Assembly: GCF_965230075.1 (NCBI RefSeq)
Contig: NZ_OZ245945.1
Span: forward strand, 2,959,462-3,023,461
Direction of reading: 5' to 3'
Source of the DNA: Maridesulfovibrio sp.
Lineage (GTDB): Bacteria > Desulfobacterota > Desulfovibrionia > Desulfovibrionales > Desulfovibrionaceae
Length of the DNA: 64,000 bases
The notes beneath the pieces are model-generated. The model worked only from the letters and a program-made list of their open reading frames with translations, was not told the origin of the DNA and ran no database searches. The translations under genes were made by a program, and so were the position numbers. How positions within the stretch are numbered: the first letter of the stretch is position 1; each line of letters starts with the position of its first letter. Of this stretch, positions 34,746 to 44,373 are shown piece after piece.

Positions 34746-37182
34746 TTCCCTCCGCTGCGGATATAAATTTCGCCAGTTCCGCTTTAACCTGCCCGGAACT
34801 TTCCAACCGCATATCCATCATCCGGGTTGCAGCCATTAGATATCCCAGAACAGCAAGCTGATTTGCTGTATCCTTTGAATCAAGACGGGAACTGAAGGCT
34901 AGAAGCATATCCCCGCGTATTTCAGTTTCAAATCCATAATGTTCAAGGGCCTTGCCGATAAATTCCAGCCTTAAAACCCGGTTATCAAATCCGGCCCCGC
35001 CACCCTTGAAACGGAACTTGATATAATTATGACCGGGCACAGGTCCGCACAGGGAATCAACTTCGGAAAAATGGTAACCAAAGCGGACCAGCAAATGCAT
35101 ATAATCTTCTGCAAGCAACCCGTAACTGGCAAGCAATTTGGAGTCCTTGTTAAAAATTCCCGCAGACATCCGGTCAAACTCTTCCCAATCCACATGGGTC
35201 ATCTTTTCAGGCCAAGCCACCCGCTTATCGGACAAGCCCTTCCAGAAAACCTGCATGGGAAAGCTCTTGATATCATCAGACTGAACCTCTTTCTTCTGTT
35301 CAGCTCCCGACACAAGCCCCCGCTCCAAGTCCATCAGATACACAACCAGCGGCAGGGAGGTTGCCAGCCGCTTTGAACTGCCCATGCCCAGCCCGCGCTT
35401 ATCTACCAGTGAGAACATTTCTTGTACTGCCATTTCATGACAATAACGAACTAAATCATGCATGGATTCACACCCGGACGGGCTGAAATTTTCAGCGTGC
35501 GGATCAACTAAATTCAGATGAACCATCGATGGGACCATACCCTTATATAAGTCAAGTATACGTTGCGAAACCTGAGAATCACTGCAACTACGGGTCAGCA
35601 CACCTTCTACGCAACCGTCATAAACAGCTCCGGCAGTTCCATCCACAGTAATCAGTTGACCGGGTTCAAATCGATCCAACACATCACCAACCAGCACAGG
35701 AATTCCCATCTCCCTTGCAACCGAACCGAAATGACTGGCCCTGCTTCCGGCAGCAGAAAGGACACCATTCATCTTTGCGGAAAAAGTCAGCAGGGAAGGT
35801 TTCAAAGCCGGAGTAACAACAATAGCTCCTTCAGGAATACGGGCTATTTCCTCCCCACTGCGTGCAAAATAGACTTTTCCGCACCCAGCTCCCCCGGCAG
35901 CCCGCTCCAAACCTTCAATAAGTGGCATGGCTGCTATGGGAGCAATCTCGCCCACCTGACCTGCGACTTCCTGCTGCAAAGGCCGAGTCTGCAAAATATG
36001 GTATTGCCCATCATGGTCAACAGCCCACTCCATATCCTGCGGACAACCAAACTGTTCTTCCAGCTTCAAGGCACATTTAGCCAGTTGAATAAGCATTTGT
36101 TCATCAGGTAGTGCTGCGCGATCAAAAGCGCACTCGCTGACCAACCGTGGTTCCTTGCCGCGGTATAGCGAACCTTTGACAGGAACAACACTTCCATCCA
36201 CAAGGGAAGCGCCCAATCCGGAAACGCCATAAACCCCTACACTATCCCGACTGAGGCAATCCGGGTCCAAGGAATAAACAACCCCGGAACTGCACGCATC
36301 AATCATAGGAACAATGAGTACAGCCATGGCAGTATCATTATCAGTCAATCCATTGGTAATACGGTAGGAAACAGCACGCGGACAATACTTCCCGGCCAAA
36401 ACACGCTTGTAAGCCTCAAGGACATCATCGGGATGCACATCAAGCTCGCTGGCATATTGTCCGGCAAATGAAATTTCACTGTCCTCGGCCATGGCACTGG
36501 AACGCACCGCGAGCCTGCCGGTACCGTCGAGATAGGTAACAAGACCACGCTCCACCTCCGCAATAACTCCAGGCGGCACCTCTCCAGCCAAAAACAGTTC
36601 CTGAAGCTCAAGAGTTAGAGACGAAAGCAAGCGCACATTACCCACTTCCATTCGGCAAAGCCTCTTATTCACAGCTTCACGAAGATTGTTATGGTCCAGA
36701 TAGGCTTGAAAAGCATTGGCTGTGACCACAAAACCGGGAAGCGCTTCAACATGCCCAAGACTATGCACCCGTCCAAGATTAGCTCCCTTTCCTCCGGCCA
36801 AATCAGGACATTCACCCGCAGCAGCCAAAGGAACCGTATACGGCGGCCCGGAATCAACAACAGGCAGGGCAACGGCGTTACGGACTTTTAAATCAATCCG
36901 CTTAAATTCTGTCAATAAATCGGTAAACTTGCGAGGGTGCATTTCCTGCAGTTCACCGATCATTCCATAAACAGTCTGCGACATCTGGATTTGCAAACAA
37001 TTGGCCTGCATGCGGTCTGAAAGATTCCTGCCGTAAAACAATTCTTCAAGGTCAGCCACAAGATCAAGAGCCTGCGAATCGTATTCCAGCAGGATTTTAA
37101 ATGCTTCATACTTCCGTTGCAGCAAAGCTCGCGGGGCCAGCATAGTCTCAGCCCAATATTTTAAACTTTTTAATGGAAGCAT
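34735..37182 (-). CDS. PEP-utilising-enzyme-family 'dikinase-like' protein: PPDK_N ATP-grasp, phosphohistidine swivel domain and a non-canonical C-terminal domain
   Basis: GGKGANLGRV and LAVRSSAMAEDSEISFAGQY (PPDK_N). Swivel motif GSRASHFGSVAREMGIPVLVGD, with the His codon at 35731-35733. The last ~270 aa lack the PEP/pyruvate TIM-barrel motifs. Confidence 0.8.
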   Translation of the reverse strand: MLPLKSLKYWAETMLAPRALLQRKYEAFKILLEYDSQALDLVADLEELFYGRNLSDRMQANCLQIQMSQTVYGMIGELQEMHPRKFTDLLTEFKRIDLKVRNAVALPVVDSGPPYTVPLAAAGECPDLAGGKGANLGRVHSLGHVEALPGFVVTANAFQAYLDHNNLREAVNKRLCRMEVGNVRLLSSLTLELQELFLAGEVPPGVIAEVERGLVTYLDGTGRLAVRSSAMAEDSEISFAGQYASELDVHPDDVLEAYKRVLAGKYCPRAVSYRITNGLTDNDTAMAVLIVPMIDACSSGVVYSLDPDCLSRDSVGVYGVSGLGASLVDGSVVPVKGSLYRGKEPRLVSECAFDRAALPDEQMLIQLAKCALKLEEQFGCPQDMEWAVDHDGQYHILQTRPLQQEVAGQVGEIAPIAAMPLIEGLERAAGGAGCGKVYFARSGEEIARIPEGAIVVTPALKPSLLTFSAKMNGVLSAAGSRASHFGSVAREMGIPVLVGDVLDRFEPGQLITVDGTAGAVYDGCVEGVLTRSCSDSQVSQRILDLYKGMVPSMVHLNLVDPHAENFSPSGCESMHDLVRYCHEMAVQEMFSLVDKRGLGMGSSKRLATSLPLVVYLMDLERGLVSGAEQKKEVQSDDIKSFPMQVFWKGLSDKRVAWPEKMTHVDWEEFDRMSAGIFNKDSKLLASYGLLAEDYMHLLVRFGYHFSEVDSLCGPVPGHNYIKFRFKGGGAGFDNRVLRLEFIGKALEHYGFETEIRGDMLLAFSSRLDSKDTANQLAVLGYLMAATRMMDMRLESSGQVKAELAKFISAAEGIDV

Positions 37183-37445
37183 TAACTCTCCGGGACGTAG
37201 TGGGGGTACAATAAATTTCTGCCTTACAGACAGGTTATCTTATTACAATGAAAAATCACAGTCCGGAAATTACCTATTAATAACAGACGTTATTCCTTGC
37301 TCCGCACATCGGCAACACATCTTTTTTCCACCACATATTGATTTTATCTCCCCGGCAAGCTAAATATGAAACAGTGCCCTTTGCGCATTAGTAATTAAAT
37401 TCAGGGATAACCACCCGGTAAAGTATTGGGAGAGATTTTCAGACA

Positions 37446-39713
37446 ATGAGCTATTTAAAAAAATGGTGGCTGGCTATCTGCTTCATTTCGCTGACAGTCA
37501 TCCTGACTGCGATAATTATCATCCCCCACTCCACCACCTCCCGCGAGGCTCTGACCGGACTGGCCCATGATATTATGCTGAACATATCCTCATACACGCT
37601 GGATAAATCAGAAAGCTACTTACGTCCGGCGGAAAATGCCGCTGAACTGACCCGTTTTCTCGCAGACAGCAACATTGTAAGCAGTGCTAATCACGAAAAA
37701 ATGATCCGCTACTTCAGCGAACAGCTTTCTCTCTACAGGCAGCTTTCCGGTATCTATTACGGAACCACCAAGGGAGAATTCTTCATGGTTGCCCGCTCCG
37801 ATAACAAAATAAAAAATGGTTTACTCTCTAAAACGATCCTCTTTGAAAACGGGGAACGCAAAACAACGATGACCTGGACCACTGCTGAAAATAAGGTGCT
37901 GCAAAGTGATCTGGTGCCGCTGGACAAATATGATCCCCGGAAACGCCCATGGTTTATCGATGCACTGATGGCTAACGATGTGATCTGGACCGAACCTTAC
38001 ATCTTTTTTACCAGCCAAAAACCGGGGATAACCACTGCCAGCCCAGTCTACGATGATAGCGGTAAGCTGCAAGGAGTTGTCGGCGTAGACATAACAATCG
38101 CTGAACTTTCCACCTTTTTGAGCACACTGACCATTGGTCAAAACGGTAAAGCCTTTATCGTGGACACAAATGGAAATGTTGTTGCATTCCCGGATCTTGA
38201 AGCTCTTAAACAAACCTCGCAGAACAACAAAGTACGCTTAAGCAAAATCAACGAATTGTCAGATGCAGTCTGTCGAAAGGCCTATAAATCCTTAAGTGTT
38301 CACCCCGAACAGCTCCCCCAAGAACCTGTATTTACGACATTTGAACATCATGGCGCACGCTATAATGCAGTATTTACACCTTTTAAAAACACTCACTGGC
38401 CTTGGATTATCGGGCTCTATATCCCCGAGAACGATTATCTGGGCGAAATCAAAGAAGACTACAAATTCAGTCTTATCACGGCCGCTCTGGCTGTCCTTCT
38501 CTCCGGCCTGATCGGTTGGGCTGTGGCCCGGAAACTCAATGCAGTCAAAGAAGATGCAATTGCGGCAAACCACGCCAAGAGCCAGTTTCTGGCGGTCATG
38601 AGCCATGAAATCAGGACCCCCATGAATGTAATTCTCGGCACAACCGACCTGCTTAAGGATTCCAAACCGCGTGATGACCAGAAAAAATATATTAAACTAC
38701 TTGATAATGCCGGTGAAGGTCTGCTTTCCCTGATAAACGACATACTCGACATGTCCAAAGTAGAAGCAGGCTTATTGGACCTTGAAAGCATAGATTTCAA
38801 TCCCTCGAAGATTATGCGCCAGAGTTGCAATGTCTTTGAGCACTCTGCCGCCCAGAAGGGAATTGAGTTGGCCTGCCGCATTGACGGTAAACTGCCCGAT
38901 CTTGTCAAAGGCGATCCGGTCCGGGTCAAGCAGATTCTGCTAAATCTCATCGGTAACGCGGTAAAATTTACTGACACAGGCGGAGTTTATGTTCAGGCCG
39001 GATACAAACCGCTTAGTAGTGGCAACGTTGAATTGAAATTTGAAATTCAGGACACAGGGCCGGGTATCCCTAAAAACAGGCAACATGCTATTTTTGAACA
39101 CTTTACTCAGGCCGACAGTTCCATCACACGCGAATATCAGGGAACAGGACTGGGGCTTTCGATCAGCAAAAAACTGTGTGAAATGATGAATGGAAAAATA
39201 TCAGTATCCAGTTCACCGGGTAGCGGGAGCACATTTACCTTCACCATCACCATGAAAGAAGTGAAAGATTCCAGTGCTGAAGGAGACAGTCACAAAAATC
39301 TGCCTGAGAACCGCACCCTTCCCCGCAAGGTGCTGCTCATCGAAGACAATAAAAGCAACCGTCTTCTTTTCAAACACTTCATTTCCGATTCACCGCACGT
39401 AATGAAATGTGCCTCAAACGGTGAAGAAGGGATCGAAATATACAAAGAATTCCAGCCTGATATTATTTTCATGGATATCGAAATGCCGGTCATGGACGGT
39501 TACAAGGCAACAGAAGAAATCCGCGACTGGGAAAGAATCATAGGCCTGTCCCCAGTTCCGATCATTGCCCTATCCGCACATGCCATTAAGGGAACCGCCG
39601 AGTCAGCACGGGAAGCAGGATGTTCAAGTTACATGACCAAGCCTATAACCAAACTGCAATTCCTTGAACGCATTGAGCGGGACAGTCAAACAAATAACAG
39701 GAACCATTATTGA
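37446..39713 (+). CDS. Hybrid sensor histidine kinase (TM, Cache-like periplasmic domain, HisKA, HATPase_c, receiver)
   Basis: dCache-like segment (RPWF ... VIWTEPYIF ... ITTASPVYD ... GVVGVDI). H-box MSHEIRTPMN. N/G boxes NLIGNAVKFT, DTGPGIP, GTGLGLSI. A C-terminal receiver (VLLIEDN ... IFMDIEMPVMDG). Confidence 0.85.
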   Translation: MSYLKKWWLAICFISLTVILTAIIIIPHSTTSREALTGLAHDIMLNISSYTLDKSESYLRPAENAAELTRFLADSNIVSSANHEKMIRYFSEQLSLYRQLSGIYYGTTKGEFFMVARSDNKIKNGLLSKTILFENGERKTTMTWTTAENKVLQSDLVPLDKYDPRKRPWFIDALMANDVIWTEPYIFFTSQKPGITTASPVYDDSGKLQGVVGVDITIAELSTFLSTLTIGQNGKAFIVDTNGNVVAFPDLEALKQTSQNNKVRLSKINELSDAVCRKAYKSLSVHPEQLPQEPVFTTFEHHGARYNAVFTPFKNTHWPWIIGLYIPENDYLGEIKEDYKFSLITAALAVLLSGLIGWAVARKLNAVKEDAIAANHAKSQFLAVMSHEIRTPMNVILGTTDLLKDSKPRDDQKKYIKLLDNAGEGLLSLINDILDMSKVEAGLLDLESIDFNPSKIMRQSCNVFEHSAAQKGIELACRIDGKLPDLVKGDPVRVKQILLNLIGNAVKFTDTGGVYVQAGYKPLSSGNVELKFEIQDTGPGIPKNRQHAIFEHFTQADSSITREYQGTGLGLSISKKLCEMMNGKISVSSSPGSGSTFTFTITMKEVKDSSAEGDSHKNLPENRTLPRKVLLIEDNKSNRLLFKHFISDSPHVMKCASNGEEGIEIYKEFQPDIIFMDIEMPVMDGYKATEEIRDWERIIGLSPVPIIALSAHAIKGTAESAREAGCSSYMTKPITKLQFLERIERDSQTNNRNHY

Positions 39714-39808
39714 CTATAAGAATATATAGGCATAGATTACTTAAAGCCAACAGCGAGCTCTATCTCTCATGCTCTGAAACTGAATCCAGTAAAAAGGAGA
39801 ACGCATAA

Positions 39809-41188
39809 ATGTATTTCAAACAACTTACCACTGAAGGACTGGGCTGCTATTCTTATGTTATCGGCTGTCCGGCCGCCGGTGAAATGGTTATTGTGGACCC
39901 GCGCAGGGATGTTCAGGAATATCTGGATATTTCCCGCGAGGAAGGCATGAAAATCACTAAAGTCATCAACACCCATGTACATGCCGACCATGTGGGTGGC
40001 GAACAGGAGCTTAAATCCATCGTCGGTGCAGAACTGTTTATCCACGAAAATGCTGAAGTAGGCTACGAACACACTCCCATCAAGGAAGGAGACACCTTCA
40101 CTGTGGGAGCGGCAAAACTCGATTTTCTATTCACTCCCGGACACACCCCCAACGCCATATCCATTCTGGTTACCGATATCATGCGCGGTAATGAGCCGTG
40201 GATGATCCTTACCGGGGACCTGTTGTTTGTAGGAGACATCGGACGCCCGGATCTTCCCGGTGATGAAATCCTCGATGAGCAGGTGACCAACCTCTATGAC
40301 AGCCTGTATATAAAGCTTGGCAAGCTCCCGGACTATCTGGAAGTCTACCCGGCCCACGGTCAGGGTTCCCTCTGCGGCAAGGGCATGAGCGCCAAACCTA
40401 GCAGTACCCTTGGCTATGAAAGGCGCTACAACCCCATGCTTCAGTTTGAAACATTTGAAGACTTCAAGGCAAAGGTTCTTGAATCTTTCCCCAGCCGCCC
40501 GAAATCTTTCACCCACATCATCAATACCAACTTTGATGGCGCTCCACTGCTTGAACGCTGCCCCCTTGACCGGGCTATGAACCCGGAAAAATTCAAACAG
40601 ATGATCGATCAAGGCTGTACGGTGATTGATGCTCGCGATGCAGCCGGATTCGGTGGTTTCCATATTCCGGGAAGCATCAACATCGGCCTTGAAAAACAAC
40701 TCGCCAACTGGGTGGGTATGGCTATTGAGCCGGACTCCGATCTGCTGCTGGTTGTCAATTCCAAGGAAGATTATGACCGTATGTGCACTGAACTGCACCG
40801 CATCGGTTACGACAGGATTTTCGGCTACCTGCACGGCGGAATTGCCGCTTGGCTCATGGCTGGATATCCGGTTGAAAATCTGGCCCAGAAATCAACTAAG
40901 CAACTGCATGATGCCATGGCTGAAGGCAAAGAGTTCACCCTCCTCGACGTACGCACCCCTGCGGAGCTTGCCGGGGGCCGTATTAAAGGTTCTATCCACA
41001 AACCCTTTGCCAAGGTTCTTGATGAGGGAGTCGACGTGGACAAGGACAGTCCGGTCATCGTTATGTGCGGATCGGGGTATCGGTCAAATATTGTCGGCAG
41101 CTACCTGCAAAGCAACGGCTTCACACAGGTCTGCTCACTTGCAGGCGGCGCAATAGCCTGGACACGTTCAGGATATGAACTGGAATAA
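39809..41188 (+). CDS. Metallo-beta-lactamase-fold (persulfide-dioxygenase-like) protein fused to two rhodanese domains
   Basis: MBL motif NTHVHADHVGG, then two rhodanese-like modules (VIDARD...FHIPGSINI; LLDVRTPAE...GRIKGSIH ... VMCGSGYRS active-site loop). Confidence 0.85.
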   Translation: MYFKQLTTEGLGCYSYVIGCPAAGEMVIVDPRRDVQEYLDISREEGMKITKVINTHVHADHVGGEQELKSIVGAELFIHENAEVGYEHTPIKEGDTFTVGAAKLDFLFTPGHTPNAISILVTDIMRGNEPWMILTGDLLFVGDIGRPDLPGDEILDEQVTNLYDSLYIKLGKLPDYLEVYPAHGQGSLCGKGMSAKPSSTLGYERRYNPMLQFETFEDFKAKVLESFPSRPKSFTHIINTNFDGAPLLERCPLDRAMNPEKFKQMIDQGCTVIDARDAAGFGGFHIPGSINIGLEKQLANWVGMAIEPDSDLLLVVNSKEDYDRMCTELHRIGYDRIFGYLHGGIAAWLMAGYPVENLAQKSTKQLHDAMAEGKEFTLLDVRTPAELAGGRIKGSIHKPFAKVLDEGVDVDKDSPVIVMCGSGYRSNIVGSYLQSNGFTQVCSLAGGAIAWTRSGYELE

Positions 41189-41196
41189 ACAATAAT

Positions 41197-41229
41197 AAAA
41201 ACCCCGGAGTGCCACATTCCGGGGTTTTT
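41197..41229. terminator. Bidirectional terminator between the MBL-rhodanese gene and the end of the pel/HDOD operon
   Basis: 12-bp stem AAAAACCCCGGA / TCCGGGGTTTTT with A/T-run flanks. Confidence 0.6.
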
Positions 41230-41231
41230 AA

Positions 41232-42290
41232 TTACTTTTCTAAAATCAAAAAAACATCATCAATTAATCTTCTTATATCAGGCAGTAATTCTATAACCTG
41301 TTCAGCCGTGATACCAATCTTTTCCCACGCAGTACGGTCAATAAATCCGATCACCGGAGAAATTCCAAGCTCATATCCAAGAGCCTGAGCAATAAAATCC
41401 GCCACATGAATGACCATTGCATCAGGATCAGTTTTGACCTTCCGCGGGTTATGGTGTCCCCATGCCGCAGCAATCAACTGCCGGGGGAATTTCCATTCCT
41501 TAAGGAGAAAACCACCAAGGGATGCATGGTTAAAACCAAGCATTTCCTGCTCTGCTTTATAAAGACTGTATCCATCACTGCGGGCCAACTTATAAAGCTC
41601 TACAGCCATGCTGTAATCACTTTCAAATATTACGTGCAGACCGACATCATGTATCAATCCACCGGCAAAAAAACGCTCCGGATCACCAAGCCCGGCTGTT
41701 ACAGCGATTTCCTGCGCCACAACCCCGCAGGCAATTGAATGTTTCCAAAATTTTTCCAGATCAAGAACAGCCTCATCACTGCGTTTAAATAAACTCAAAG
41801 ACGCAGTGCCTAGGGCAAGTCCCCCGGCCTTCTCAAAACCGAGCAGTTCCACAGCCTTAGAAGGTGTTTCAATTTTTCCTTTAACTTTGTAGAGGCCGCT
41901 ATTTGCAAGCCTCAGTACGGCAGTCGCCAGTTTAGGTTCCCTGCTGATTATCTCTGCAAGATCATTGATGGTGCTTTCAGGATTATCTATGATTTCCTGC
42001 AACTGGGTCTGCACCTGCGGCAAAGAAGGCAGCACAAGCGACTCGGCAAGGAAATCTCCGGGACCTTTAGGCTTCTCACCGCTCCACGGCTCAATATCCG
42101 AAGGAAATGTCAGGGGCAAAAAAGAATCTGGAGCAGCAAGCATCTCTTTATAAACACGCTTGAATGACTCTTTTTTGAGCAACTTGACCAGATCAGAATT
42201 CCCGGCTTGCGCAAAAAGGTTATGCACATAGCGAGCCGCCGCCTCCTTGAGGTCAGGCCTTAACTTATATGCCTTCCCGGTTTTAACCAC
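41232..42290 (-). CDS. HDOD-domain protein, paralogue 2 (last gene of the pel-strand cluster)
   Basis: HDOD pattern LPSLPQVQTQLQEII...DLAEIISREPKLATAVLRLANSGLY...AVELLGF ... HDVG. Shares a ~100-aa N-terminal extension with the neighbouring paralogue. Confidence 0.8.
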   Translation of the reverse strand: MVKTGKAYKLRPDLKEAAARYVHNLFAQAGNSDLVKLLKKESFKRVYKEMLAAPDSFLPLTFPSDIEPWSGEKPKGPGDFLAESLVLPSLPQVQTQLQEIIDNPESTINDLAEIISREPKLATAVLRLANSGLYKVKGKIETPSKAVELLGFEKAGGLALGTASLSLFKRSDEAVLDLEKFWKHSIACGVVAQEIAVTAGLGDPERFFAGGLIHDVGLHVIFESDYSMAVELYKLARSDGYSLYKAEQEMLGFNHASLGGFLLKEWKFPRQLIAAAWGHHNPRKVKTDPDAMVIHVADFIAQALGYELGISPVIGFIDRTAWEKIGITAEQVIELLPDIRRLIDDVFLILEK

Positions 42291-42313
42291 TATTTATCCC
42301 TACTGAAACAATC

Positions 42314-43378
42314 TTATGCAGGATTTAATATCTCGAAAATTTCTTCAATCAACACCTGAACTTCAGGAATCATATCAACAAACATTTCTCCACTGACTCC
42401 GAAGCTTTCGTAAATCTCCTGATCCAGCACACCAAGCACAGGAGACAAGCCAAGGTGGTAGCCCAAGGCTCTGGAAATAAAATCGGCCACATGAATGATT
42501 CCTGCATCGGGATCTTTCTTGGCTTTCTTCGGGTTATGATGAGCCGCAGCTGAGACCACCAAGGATTTAGGAAAACTCCAGTCCTTTAGAATAACCCCGC
42601 CTAAAGCAGCATGGCTGAAACCAAGCAACTCCATCTCGGCATCATACAGGCAGTTCCCATTCTTACGGGCTAACTCAGACAGCTCAAGTCCAAGGCTCTT
42701 ATTACTTTCAAAAATAACATACAGGCCAATATCGTGGAGCATTCCGGCAACAAAAAAACGCTCCGAATCCTGAATTCCAGCCAGCTTTGCTATTTCCTGC
42801 GCTATTACCCCGCAAGCTATGGCATGTTTCCAGAACTTCTCCACCTGTAGAACCTGTACGCCATCACTTCGTTTAAACAGGCTAAGTGAAACGGTTCCAA
42901 GGGCAAGAGAACTGGCTTGCTTAAAACCCAACAGAGCCACCGCTCTGGAGGTAGTATCCACCTCTGTACGAAAACTGAACATTGCGCTGTTAGCCAGCCG
43001 CAGAATAGCAGCCACCAACTTGGGGTCTTTGTTGATCACCTCAGCAAGGTCATCTGCAGAACTGTCCGGATCATTAATGACCTTCTGAATTTCCAACAAA
43101 ACCTGCGGCAAAGAAGGCAGTACTACCTTTGATTTAAGAAAATCCTTCGGGCTTTCAGGCTTAGGACCCTCCCATGGTCCGACATCGGCTGGACGGGGCT
43201 GAGGCAAAAACTCGTCCGGGTCCACGATCATCTTCTTATAAACATTCTTAAATGCTTCCTTTTTTAGAAGACGGATAAAATCTGAATCATCAGCCTGACT
43301 AAAAAGATGTTTTACATATTTTACCGCCGCATCTTTAACCTGCGGATTAAGCGTAGTAGTTTGTTCAACTTCCTGCAT
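42314..43378 (-). CDS. HDOD-domain protein, paralogue 1
   Basis: LPSLPQVLLEIQKVI...DLAEVINKDPKLVAAILRLANSAMF...AVALLGF ... HDIG. Collinear with 41232..42290 along its whole length. Confidence 0.8.
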   Translation of the reverse strand: MQEVEQTTTLNPQVKDAAVKYVKHLFSQADDSDFIRLLKKEAFKNVYKKMIVDPDEFLPQPRPADVGPWEGPKPESPKDFLKSKVVLPSLPQVLLEIQKVINDPDSSADDLAEVINKDPKLVAAILRLANSAMFSFRTEVDTTSRAVALLGFKQASSLALGTVSLSLFKRSDGVQVLQVEKFWKHAIACGVIAQEIAKLAGIQDSERFFVAGMLHDIGLYVIFESNKSLGLELSELARKNGNCLYDAEMELLGFSHAALGGVILKDWSFPKSLVVSAAAHHNPKKAKKDPDAGIIHVADFISRALGYHLGLSPVLGVLDQEIYESFGVSGEMFVDMIPEVQVLIEEIFEILNPA

Positions 43379-43397
43379 ATCTACCCTTTATAAAAAA

Positions 43398-44354
43398 TTA
43401 GGACTGAGATTTTTCGGCCCACTCAACAGTATGCGCCAAGCCGTCCTCAAAAGAAACTTCGGCTTTAAAGCCTTCAGCTGAAATTTTACTCACATCTGCA
43501 CGGGAATGCTTGATGTCCCCGGCACGCTCAGGTTTAAAATCAATATCTTCCGGCGCAGAAGTCAAGCCCGCAATAACCGTGGCAAGCTCACGCACCGACC
43601 TACCGCTTCCGGTTCCGACATTATAAATCCCGGTCAACGGGCCACGTCCCAGCTCATCAAGCCCGGCGGCAATTAAATATGAAGTGACCACATCGGAAAC
43701 ATAAAGAAAATCCCTAGTCTGCTCCCCGTCTCCAAAAATGACCATATTTTTCCCAGCCAACCCGAAATCAACAAATCGAGAAATAACTCCGCTGTACTGG
43801 CTGGTCGGGTCCTGACGCGGACCGAAGATATTAAAAAAGCGCAGGGAGCAGCCGTAACCGGACTTTTCGATATAAACAGAAGACTTGTATTTAGCTACGC
43901 CGTAAGGACTCAGCTGTTCAGCCTCTTCGGCATACTCTTCTTTCACCGGAAGCCGGTCTTCATTTCCGTACTCTGCTGCAGAACCGGCAAATACAAAGCG
44001 AGAAATCCCCATTTCCCTTGCAGCATCAAGCATATCCCGGTTGGCTTCAAAGTTGACCTGCATGGTCAGTTCAGGATGCTCCACTGAATACGGAACACTG
44101 ACTACAGCCGCCAATTGAAAAATTACATCCAGTTCGGGATGAGACTGCTTCAGTTCCGTCAGTAAACCTTCTTCAGCTATAGATCTTTCGTAAAAAGTAA
44201 AACCTGCATGGTCATTGAAATTTTCCATATTATGGGCATATCCACTGGCAAAATTATCCACTCCCACAACAAAATTACCTGCGTCCAGCAAGCTCTGCGT
44301 CAAATGGCTCCCTATGAATCCGGCACATCCGGTAACAAGACAGGTCTTTGTCAT
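43398..44354 (-). CDS. NAD-dependent sugar-nucleotide epimerase (SDR; PelX-like UDP-hexose/HexNAc 4-epimerase)
   Basis: Rossmann motif TGCAGFIGSH and catalytic YxxxK (YGVAKYK). It lies directly downstream of pelG. Confidence 0.8.
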   Translation of the reverse strand: MTKTCLVTGCAGFIGSHLTQSLLDAGNFVVGVDNFASGYAHNMENFNDHAGFTFYERSIAEEGLLTELKQSHPELDVIFQLAAVVSVPYSVEHPELTMQVNFEANRDMLDAAREMGISRFVFAGSAAEYGNEDRLPVKEEYAEEAEQLSPYGVAKYKSSVYIEKSGYGCSLRFFNIFGPRQDPTSQYSGVISRFVDFGLAGKNMVIFGDGEQTRDFLYVSDVVTSYLIAAGLDELGRGPLTGIYNVGTGSGRSVRELATVIAGLTSAPEDIDFKPERAGDIKHSRADVSKISAEGFKAEVSFEDGLAHTVEWAEKSQS

Positions 44355-44373
44355 CTACCCTCCCAGCATTGCA

